NCBI RefSeq assembly: GCF_037042905.1
Contig: NC_087249.1
Span: 7,008,001 to 7,072,000, forward strand
Direction: 5' to 3'
Origin: Lytechinus pictus
Taxonomy: Eukaryota
DNA length: 64,000 nt
Part shown: piece after piece, positions 14,115 through 26,100 of the stretch
Position numbering within the stretch: position 1 is the stretch's first letter
Layout of the letters: each line of letters starts with the position of its first letter
The notes under the pieces: generated by a model
The model's input: only the letters and a program-made list of their open reading frames with translations
What the model was told of the DNA's origin: nothing
Databases searched by the model: none
Made by a program: the position numbers and the translations under genes

Positions 14115-17100
14115 GATGTCTTATTAGGCCTACATGAAATTTCCAAAGTTTGAGCTCGTGATTCGCTCGCAATATCTCAAAAGGATGCACTTTTAACAGT
14201 AATTAGGTCCATAATTGACCAAAAAGCGAGTTTTACAACTTCAGATTTGATTTTTTTTTCCAAACCGCTTGCTCGCGAAAATAAAACCTAAATATCTATC
14301 TTATCAATCAAAAATCAATTAAAAAACTTTTCTCAACTTAATTACGAAAAAACACACAACTTTACACAGATTATAATCTCATGGTGAAAATATCCGTTTG
14401 CACCAAAATGCCCGTTTTGGCATATATTTTAGATCAGGTCAGAGCTTATACTGTTATATTCAAAATTTCTGCTCGCAGTTGTTATCTAGTTACATAGGCA
14501 TCTTGTTTTGAAGATATTGCCCATCATATTTTCAACAAAAATATAGCTCGCGCATCGCGCTCGCATTATTTGAAAAGGGCTTATGATATTATTACATATT
14601 TATTTTATTTTATAAGAATAAAGCTAATTATTGGCTGTTAGGACTACCCTTTCAAAGAAGCAAACAAACAAAAATCAACTTTGAGTTGCCGATCGGGGAA
14701 ATTATGGGTGAAAAAATTTCGCCCCCCCCCCTATTGGCGAAGTTGGATCCGCCGGGGGAGGGGGCACTTGCATCCCAAAAATAAATAAGAGGGAAATGCT
14801 ATTTTTCCAAAATGGGAAATTCCCTTTTTTTCAAAATGAATACTCTTTTTAAAGTATACATTTTAGATTAATTTTCAGGCTGGAATATTACAATTTTTCA
14901 ACTCGCACTTCGCACTCGTATTATTTGATTGGTAAAATAATTTGTATCCTAAAGAGGTCACTAAATGCAGTCCTTAAAATGTTATTTTTCTGGTCAGTAT
15001 ATTTAAGCTCGCGCTTTGCGCTCGTGTTAACTCTTTAGTTAGATCATGGACCCTAGGGTCCATAGTTTAATGATAGCAGAAACCTGCTCGGAATTTTTTA
15101 TTTTCATTTTTTATTGCAGTGCCCTTAAGTTTGAGCTTGTGATTCACGCTCGCAACATCTCGCAATAATAACATTTTAACAGTAATTGACCCCCAAAACG
15201 AGTTTTACAACTTCAGCTCTGATTTTTTTTCCAAACCGCTCGCTCATTATACTCTCTCGAAAAATAAAGCCTAAATATACATCTTTCCATAATCAGAAGT
15301 CACTTCAAAAAGGCCTTTCTCTACTTAATTACTATAAAACACACAATGACTTCATTGTGAAAATATCACCAAAGTGCCCATTTTGACGTACGAGTGTCAT
15401 TTTTGGCTTTGCTCCCCAAACGAAAATTCATTCGGCCCAGCACTGATTCGGCCGCCCTTGCCTTCCCATCCTCATAACAATTGAACAGCAACGGTGATTC
15501 TCCCTACCCCCACCACCACATTTGCCCTTCCTCTGCTTTCCCGGTTTTCATTTTTCGGATTAACGAACCTTAGGAATAAAGAACCTTATTTCGTTTTCGG
15601 ATTAACGAACCTTCAAAATAACGAATCTTATTTCGTTTTCGGATGAACGAACCTTCGGAAAAACGAACCTTATTTCTTTTCCAGATTATCGAACCTTCGG
15701 AACAACGAACCTTATTTCGTTTTCGGAATAACGCCACAAATGTTCGGATTAACGAACCCTTTTTCGTTTTCGGATTAACGAACATCGAGGTATAGGCAAT
15801 TTACGTGTTTCGGAATTACGAACCTTCGGAATAAAGAACCTTCCGAATTACGAACCTTCGGAATTACGAAGTGTAACCTGTTTCATTTTGGTAACTGAAA
15901 ATTATCTTTTCTCAACTGTTTCGTTATGTTCATGACCAATTAACATGCTTCAATGATTAAAAGGCGTTTAATTAAACATCACGCTTGAAATGAACATGTG
16001 GAATGTGATTAGCTCTTGTTTACGTTATCGGAAAAAATGCAATTGCTAACTATGGATATCTGTCCCAAACTTCCTTGTATAGTTCATTTGATTTGATTTT
16101 ATGACAATCCCGATGTCTAATGTATCAGTGAGCACACAATATTAAAAAAAATTATGCAAATGAGAAGAAAGTTCAAGGCCTTGGCCCCACTCTGTGCCGT
16201 ATCGAATTATTATGTTGGTGCGCGCGCCTTTTGGATAGTGTTACTCTCAAGCCATGTGCGAAGTTTCATGAAATAACTGTTGGCAGAAGTAACAAAAACC
16301 GTCCATTAAACAAACCCTCATTTCATTTTTGCTAAAATTTTGACTTCCTCTCTCACAGAAGGTTCTAGGACAATTACCCCCGGACAATCACCCCCGGACA
16401 ACTACCTCCCCAGACAATTACCCCCGATGACAATTACCCCCGAGGACAATTACCCTCGGACAATTACCCCCGGACAATTACCTCCAAGGACAATTACCCC
16501 CGAGGACAATTACCCCCCGGACAATGACCCCCCGATGAAAATTACCCCCGGACAATCATCCCCGGACAAGTACCTCTGAGGACAATAACCCCAGGACGAT
16601 TACTCCCGGAAAATCACCCCTTCTCTCCAGTATCGATGTTAGAATTAAGCGGGACCAATTGTAAGTCTTGGTCGGTGGCACAGGTTTTCGAAATATTTTC
16701 TACTTTATCTTACGTTGATAACTTTCTCATTCTCTTCTATATTGCTCTTTCTCCTTTTCTCTCTCTCACTTTCTTCTTTTTTCCTTGCTTTTTCATTTTT
16801 CTTCCTTTTCCGCTTTTTCTTCCCTTTTTTTGTTTAGCAGCACCTTCTGCATCATGAAAAATGGGGAAGGGGCTTGCACCCCAAACCTCCCATCTGGCTA
16901 CACATATTTGCATCAGAAAATATGTAAACTGGCCCTCATACTAAGTTTTAATAGAACAATTGAACACGATTAGACATAATAATCACAAATGCTGAATATT
17001 TCTGATTCCAACTGATCTGATTTTTAAAATATTTATTTTGGGTTTAATTTCAGGAAAGAAATCAGGCAAATAGATAAAACGTAAAAAGGACACCTTCATA

Positions 17101-20100
17101 GGTAGAAATATTGAAAGTCGATAACGCAACTATCAACACTAACACTGTCAAGTAGGACCTATAAACCTATTATTTTAAAACAATTCAACTAACAAGAAGC
17201 TAAGCATTATGAAACAATTGGTGCACATTCCAGATTAAGATGTGGCTTTATAACTTAATACAGTAAGCTAAAAAAACTTTATGAAAAGATAATACAAACA
17301 AGAACACCTTGTAATTTTACCATTTAGGCCCTATATTGCATAAATTACATGGTTTTTGTGTGTATTATTTTAGGGTGTAAGCAATTAAACGTTAAAGAAG
17401 GAAAGTACCAAACTTATTTAATTGTAAACAATATGACATAATCAAATACAGTGTTTTCCATACATAGTGGCAATCATGATAGCATACCGTTCGTTTAAGG
17501 TGAATTTTAAGGACGGTTTGTGAGAATTTATGGAGAAGTATATACATACTTAACAATAGGAACTTGGCATAATCAAATAATGCGACCGCGCAGCGTGAGC
17601 TGAAAATATTGATATTTAGACCATAAAACGGACATTTTACAGAGCTTAAAGCTCGTTATCCGAGCTAAAAATATATTTTGTATATTGACTTCAAGCCTAT
17701 ATTGAGCAAGATATTTTATATAGTGACATAAAAAGAAAGTCTTCCCCTCACCTTATATTATTCACTCCTCTTGTTTTTTCTTCTATCTTTCCCCTCCTTT
17801 TTTTCTTTCTTTCTCCCCCCCTTTTTTGCTCCGTCAATTTTTGTCAGGGGGGCACACCAAATTTCATGTGGGGCACGTACCCCCTGGCCCCCGTAACTAC
17901 GCCACTGCAAAGATTGCCAAAACGAATGATCTTGTGCTACGGTGAGATAAAAATTATGATCGAATTTGCAGAAGGAGCTCACTTTTTACAGCTTTCTTAC
18001 GGCGTTCGTTTGATTCCAAGGTACTCGAGAATGCCTTGAGTACTTCTTACGTCAAACGTACGGCCGTCGTATGACTCTGTGCATTCCCTATGACTTGGGG
18101 GTAATTGTCCTCGGGGGGTAGTTGTCCTCGCGGGTAATTGTCCTCGGGGGGTAATTGTCCTCAGTGGGTAATTGTCCGGGGGGTAGTTGTTCGGGGGTAA
18201 TTGTCCTCAGGGGGTAATTGTCCGGGGGTAGTTGTCCGGGGGGTAATTGTCCAAGGGTAGTTGTCCCGATACGCCCATAGACATTGTGTACTCTATGGGT
18301 GCATGTGTTTAAGAATAAGTAACCCCTTATTCAATGTGGTGGAACTTTTATTCAAGGCTGTCTTTAGCAATGCCACTTGGTAGTAATGCTTCTCAACCTA
18401 TGGGCAGAATTCTGTGCAAAAATGAAATAGGTTTGTTCATTTATGGATGAGTGATCACACATCAAAGTGAGAAAGGGGGAATTTTCAATGTCACAGACTC
18501 ATTTTGAAGGGTAATAAAGTGAATAATTGGGGCAAATTCGGTTTCAAATGTGACTTAATTGCTGTTGTTTTTATCATCCATCATTTTTATCACCACACAC
18601 TTTCCGAACTTTTTACATTTTCATGGCTGAGCGAGCATATTCGAAAACTTGGGAATGAATACTCTATATACTGCATTAATGTATTATTTTTCTAACAATT
18701 TCTCAGGAACAGTTGAATTTATAGACAAATCAGTGGTGGATCCATAATTTTGAAAGATACTACCATAAACCCCTATGATGATACGTCACAACACATTGTG
18801 CTCACTTAACCATGAACATACGATATCAAAGTTGTGTGTGGAGTGGCTTAATGATGGATAGTAAAACAGCATTAACACCATAAAATTCACCTAAAAACAA
18901 CCTTTAAGTTTGCCCCAATTTGTATTTACACAATCTGAAAAACGACTTTCAAAAATTGTCATTTTGAATTCAATCTTTAATTACTCATGCATAACTCAAC
19001 CGATCAATGTCATTTTTCTCCAAGAGTTGCTTAATGAGTGTAAAAACCACCTACGAAATATCTTATCTCAAAATTATTCCGTTCAAAAGTTACAGCAATT
19101 TGATTTAGGGGGGACTTACTTTTTTGTTGTGTATATATGCATGTCTCGACGACTGTGCATTGTGCAATGAACAAACTGATGATGACATCTTGATACTTAA
19201 CATTTGTAGTATATTATATGAAATTATTCATTTTAGTCGAATTAAATCATCCAATGATGTGTGAATAGGATTGACTACTGATTCAATGCGTGAGGTAATC
19301 ATTGCTGCAACATATTTTGTCACAAGGGAGACATATGTCATTCAATCGTGTATTGTAATTTTGTTTTCGTTTTCATGCAATAACATAAGAAAATGGAACG
19401 CTAGAGCGGGTTTTTAATACCCATAATAATAATTTTCAGCTTGGTTAACCCCCTTAACCCCTCTATTGTCTTACTTGCATTGACGACCACTGTGAAGTTG
19501 CACGATGCTTGATTTCTGCTCCCATCAGAAAATGCATACTCAACGAGAGTTGACCCAACTGGAAATTTATCACCAGGGCTGTAGTTTCTGGAGACCAATG
19601 TAGCATTGCCTGATATATCAGAAGCTGATGGCTCAGTAAAGTTGATGGGTACTTTGGGAGTACCAAGCTCAATAGTCTTGAAGACATCATCAGGGCATGT
19701 AACATCTGGAGGAGTGGTGTCAACTGATAAGCACATTAAGAGGAGAAGAAAGAAAAAAATTAGTCAGGCATCCTCGTCATTAGTGAAATTTTAATTAAGT
19801 TTAAACACAAAATCACCATCAAATTTGAAATCTGAAAGCATTCCTAAGTATGTTTTTTTACCCCAAGTATATAACTCGCATTAGTAAACATTTGAAATAA
19901 AATGAATGGTACCGATTGATAAAAATGTCAATGTAAAACCGCAAAATTAAGAACTCATGTTTATTGAAAACCACATTAAAGTTACTCCATGTAAAATTAC
20001 ACCAAACAAGACGTTAGTGTAATTTAGCTCATATTATTTTTATGCTTGAAAAGAATAAAAATTTCGCTACAGTAACGGAGAGGTACCAAATAATAAAGGA

Positions 20101-23100
20101 ACAATGGCAGTTATGGCACCAATTAAAAAAAAAAAAAAGGTTCTTACTTGTGCTGACGACCACACTAAAGTTGCATGATGCTTGATTTCCACTTCCATCA
20201 GAAAAGACATACTCCACGAAAGTTGATCCAACCGGAAATTCGTCACCAGAGTTATGGCTACCCGAGACCAAGGTAACATTGCCCATATCAGTGGCTGATG
20301 GCTCAGTGAAATTAACATTCAATTTCAAAGTACCAAGCTCAGTTGTGATGTTGATATCACCAGGGCATCTCACAACTGGTAAAAAAAACATGAACATTTG
20401 ATAATCCGATGTTACCATGCTATAATTTATCTGCCTTTCGTGACAACTTGACCTTAGCCTAAGTAAACATCACTGAATCGACCCCAAATTTATACCCCAT
20501 TTATACATTCATTACAGTGGTGTAATAATTGACCACAAATTTAAAAAAAGAGCTGAAAAGGAGCTCCAATACTTTTGTACAGAGGCAAGCTAAAATAAGT
20601 TGGAAATCATTTCATTTCGTTCATTTCCATTTCCAACATGTTTTGTTCCATACATCTTGAAGTGAAGTAACACTTTTTCCAGAACGTCTTTCCAGCACAG
20701 CATGCACTCGACAATCGGAATAGAATTGTGAGATCGCGATACCGGCGAAAGCCCTTGACCTACTTTCGTCAATAATTTTACGAGCTTGCCGTCAGTCTAA
20801 AATGTGAATATTTTATGAACGAAGTTTAGTCTGAATAATAGTTTTGAAAATGTCCGCGAAGTTTGGACACTTCATCATACAATATTATCGAGATGATTAT
20901 ATAAACAGGTTTGGAATGGAGGAGGCTGCTAAAATACGGAACTTTTAGAATGCAATTTGCTATCAAATATACGATACATAGTATATATAACAAAAACACA
21001 AGTCCAACAGTACGATAACTTGAGCAAAAATTCCAGTTAAAAGTATATTTTAAAAAAGGAAAGAAAATGAAAAACAGCAAGATTAAAAAGCAAACAAAAA
21101 GCTGAAACCAACATACCAAACTCCTTAAAGACAAAGATATTGATAAGAATAATTGAAATCCTTTGTAAACGATTGGTACCGCTTGATGTGTCTTACTTGT
21201 ATTGACGACCACTGTGAAATTGCACAATGCTTGATTTCCGCTCCCATCAGAAAAAACATATTCCACGAGAGTTGAGCCAACCAGAAAATCGTCACCAGAG
21301 CCATGGTTACCCGAGACCAATGTAGCATTGCCTGATATATCACAAGCTGATGGCTGAGTAAAGTTAACGGAGACTTTTAACGGACCAAGCTCGATAGTCT
21401 TGATGAAATCATCAGGACATGTAACATCAGGAGGGGTCGTGTCAACTGATAAAACACATTTAAAAAGAAAAGAAATAAAGAAAATGATTGGGTATTCTCA
21501 TAATATATCTGACTATACAGTGCGTATCAAAAAAAAGTTTACACTTAGAAAAAGTCCTGTAAAATTATACATTTGTAATATCCTGAAGATTTTTCCACAT
21601 TTTAACATTGGTACAGATCCATTTAAGCAAATGACGATATAATTGTCGAAAAATATTTCCGCTTGAGTGAGCACCACTTACTTTTGAAAAGTTAGTGAAA
21701 AATGATTTGCGCAGAACTTTGAAATAGCTATGCGAATAAAAGTAGACCTTAATTATGAAGAACACATGTAATTTAGCTAGTAAAATTGATTTGAAGATAT
21801 CTTTTACCTTTTTAAACTTGTTTCCTTGCCAAAAACACTTCGAAGAATGCATTGCGCCCCACCCCACTCCCCCACACACCAAGGCCATTGTGACGATATT
21901 TGCTTTACACTGAGCTGTGATTTACATGAAATGGCGTAGGCTTGATTTTCATTTTGTTAATCATTGTCAAGCTTGGGAAAAGTGTGGAGAAACAATATTG
22001 AATGAAAACTGAAATGTAAACCCACTTTAAATGATAAAACCTTAGTGAAAAATGCTGGAGATGTCTGATATTAACTTTTGTTCAGAATCAATTATGTCCT
22101 CAGATCCAGCTGGCACAAAAATGGTAAAGGTTGTGCTTACTAAGTGTTGAAATTTCAATTTGAGTGGCAAAATTGTTACAAAATGTTTGAATGTATCCGT
22201 TTTATTCAATTGACTAAAAGTGCAAGGGGTATGTATGAGAAATGTATCGCAGGGTAAGTTTGATTTCGCCCTTTCCCCTTGACACAGCGTGAAAACAAGC
22301 ATTTCTGCGCAAACAGATTTCTGCGAGCTTTACAATGGACAGTGCTCACTCACGTGTAACATTCTGTCAAAAATATTTCTTTCATTGGTTAGATGAGACC
22401 CAAACCCAAGATGATGTGTGAAAAAAATTACCCACATGTTGTATATTTTTTAATTCCCAGGGCTTTTTCAAAGTGTAAACTTTTTTTTGATACGCACTGT
22501 ATATACAGAGCGTTTACTAATTTCTTCCTCAAATATACAACTTTCCTAAATAAACTTGAAATGAAACAACTGATACTAATTGTTAAAATGTTAGAATCAA
22601 ACCACAAAAATAAGTTCTTACTTGTATTGACGACCACTGTGAAATTGCACAATGCTTGATTTCCGCTCCCATCAGAAAAGACATATTCCACGAGAGTTGA
22701 GCCAACCGGAAAATCGTCACCAGAGCTATGGTTACCCGAGACCAATGTAGCATTGCCTGATATATCACTAGCTGATGGCTGAGTAAAGTTAACGAAGACT
22801 TTTAACGGACCAAGCTCGATAGTCTTGATGAAATCATCAGGACATGTAACATCAGGAGGGGTCGTGTCAACTGATAAAACACATTTAAAAAGAAAAGAAA
22901 TAAAGAATATGATTGGTTATTCTCATGATATATCTGACTATAAATAGTGAGCTTTTAGTACTTTGTTTCCTCAAACACACAACTTTCCTAAATAAATTTG
23001 AAATGAAACAACTGATATTTTTTGTTAAAATATTAAATCAAATCACAAAATTAAGTTCTTACTTGTATTGACGACCACTGTGAAGTTGCACGATGCTTGA

Positions 23101-26100
23101 TTTCCACTCCCATCAGAAAACACATACTCAACGAGAGTTGACCCAATTGGAAATTCGTCACCAGAGCTGTAGTTTCTGAAGAATAATGTAGCATTGCCTG
23201 ATATTTCAGTAGCTGATGGCTCAGTAAAGTTGATGGGTACTTTAAGAGTACCAAGCTCAACAGTCTTGAACACATCATCGGGGCATGTAACATTAGGAGG
23301 TGTCGTGTCAGCTGGAAGCATAAGAAAAGCACATTCGTAGACAGTAAAAAAAAACATCATTGAAAGAAATGTAGCAGTATATTCATTTATACAAGATGCT
23401 GAAAGTATCAAGAGGCACCCTAGAAAATATCATTTCCCTCAGCATATTTTTGTTACTTCTATGACATTCTTCAGGCCGTATTCTACAGAGTCATTGCATT
23501 TTATCAGTTTCCAGACATGTTATGAGCAGGGTCCTTGGAACGATTTTAACTGGGGTGCTGATGTAAATTTCACAAGCAAAAAAAGGGGGTTCACTAAGAA
23601 ACGAAGCTTAAGTCGGCGACAAAAAATTTGACAATTAAAAAAAAGGGTGTTTCCTAAAAAACAAAGGTTAAGTCGGCGACAATAAATTTGACTAGCACAA
23701 AAATGTGGTTTCACTAATAAAATATAGGTCATTTTGCTAACATTTTTCAATTTCTAACACCTTTCCATATTTCTGGGGTCTGGGGTGCTGCCTATGGAAA
23801 ATAATACACTCAGCACCTTTTTAAAGAAATGTATCGGTGTGCTACAGCAACCCCTGCTCCCTAGGGCTAAGGTCACGAGTTCAAGTCGAGTCAACACCAT
23901 TATCCAAGAAGACCAAGAGTTTTTATCTTGATCACTTTTTGTACAAAATCTGATGTCTATGTACATGTAGGCATACATTATCATTATGAAAGACGGTGCT
24001 AAGTAAAAAAAAAATGGTATAGTTCATTTGCAAACACATTACATATTTTGACAGTGGCAAGTATGAAGAAAATGGTAGACGTCAAGTGAAGTGTTTCACT
24101 TGTTAGATGATTTGTCTGACAAGTCCTCTTTAATAACCGAGCTTTTCAGTGAATCAAAATCAAGGAATGTCGGATCTGAAAATTGTCGGACAAAAACAAA
24201 ATGTTGATGAAACGCCCCCATGTCAGTGAAATCAATCAAACAAGGCTTTAACTTACATGTAAATATACTTTGGAAGATTATTCAAATAATTATGATTTCA
24301 ACCAGGAAATGTTGATGTAGATAACTACAAGACTAGAATCATAAGCTCTAAAGACCACCATGACATTTGCTCCGGCGACATTTGCTCTGATGGAAAATCT
24401 GCACGTTAAACCCAACATAAAACCTTACCTCCAAAACTAAATAAACACTAATTCTTTTCTTTACATAATTCTGAACCAAAAATTATATTACAATCCTAAA
24501 TCTAACCCTATGCCCTCTGAGATATCAAGACCAGAGCAAATGTCGTGTCACCCTCCATAGAATCTTCGTTTTGATCTATTTCCCATGAACAGATGAGAAG
24601 TATCAAAAAGGTGGGTGGGGAAGTCATGGGATTTAGGGGGAATACCCTTTTTAGAAGTCGGGGGAGTTGTCGTGGATACTTGAGAACCTGTATCGGGAAA
24701 AGATAATAAAATGCTTTTTTCGCATATCAACATTAAATAGGTTCATGTGAAAGGGGGAAAATAGAGAGTCTTATTTCATACAAAAAAATGACTTGTATCA
24801 GGATTGGCATGGTCTTTTACAGTGCGGTGCATTTCAAGCAATAAATTCCTACCAGATACCCATTCACCTCACATGGGTTGAGTGCAGCACAATATGCGTA
24901 CATTTCTTGTCGAAGAAAAACTACGCCATGGCTGGGATTCAACCAACCTTCTGTTTCAAGGTCAGAAGACTAATCAACTGGGCCACAACGCCGTATTAAT
25001 TAACAACCCTTTGACAAAAATTTGAATAGCCAACCTTTTATTTGTCTTGAGTCATATTTCACGAATATGAAGAGACATCCAGTGAATAACGACCCCTTTT
25101 CGTATTATCAGTAACGACGTTATTTCTACGATAGCGAATCTCTTTCTAGTTGTATATAAGAATACATTATTCAGTACTAATAAATTCATGGTTATTGTTC
25201 TTTTATGCTCTTCGTAAAGAGCGAAGGATCCCTTAGCTCCCGCTACAATTTATCATTCAGATACAAAATTCATCTTATGTATTCTCATTTTTTTTTAAAC
25301 AGATGATTGAATAAGGCACGAACGCACCAGGAATTATAAACTATGGGGCAAATGTGGGGGCCGGCAAAAATGATATTGGGGGCATGTCGGACACAATTTT
25401 TTTTCTGTTTCACAAAATCGAGCGGCTTGAAAAGGGACCTTTTAAGGACTCTTTGCAGTTACTCGTGAATGTGATATCTCACAAAATAATAAACAATGCG
25501 AATGCAAAACACGAGCTGACAATCTTTATTATCCTGCGCTAGACAGATGATTAAATAAGGCACGAACGCACCAGGAATTCTAAACTATGGGGCAAATGTG
25601 GGGGCCGGCAAAAATGATATTGGGGGCATGTCGGACACAATTTTTTTTCTGTTTCACAAAATCGAGCGGCTTGAAAAGGGACCTTTTAAGGACTCTTTGC
25701 AGTTACTCGTGAATGTGATATCTCACAAAATAATAAACAATGCGAATGCAAAACACGAGCTGACAATCTTTATTATCCTGCGCTAGACAGAATCGATGAC
25801 TTATCCCAACTATTGTGCAAGCCAAATAGCCAATGATCACGTGACTCCAAAAAACCGACCTCAGTCCGCTCTGTGTTTACACAACGAGTGCTAGGCTTAT
25901 ACTAACATGACTAATCAGTCGGGTCGCGTGCGCGTGCGAAACCACTCGGGGTTTTGGATTTCGATGCGATTTTTTTTCTAACCGTGTCTTCAATGGGACA
26001 AACACGCTGGGAAAATAAAATGAAATTGAAATTCGAGTTTCGTTTTAAGCCGGCAAGTGCCTTTAAAATGTACTGGACTACTGTTTTAACATAATCACAT

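Larger units (their letters stand above)
12584..19131. mobile_element. TA-flanked TIR element hosting nested insertions
   Basis: TA|CACAACAAAAAAAGTAAGTCCCCCC ... GGGGGACTTACTTTTTTGTTGTG|TA. Confidence 0.65.

Noticed and set aside
16340..16620. Regular GGACAATTACCCC repeats resembling a CRISPR array or a Pro-rich ORF
   Set aside because: There are no unique spacers or cas genes, the context is eukaryotic, and the array is one arm of an inverted-repeat element
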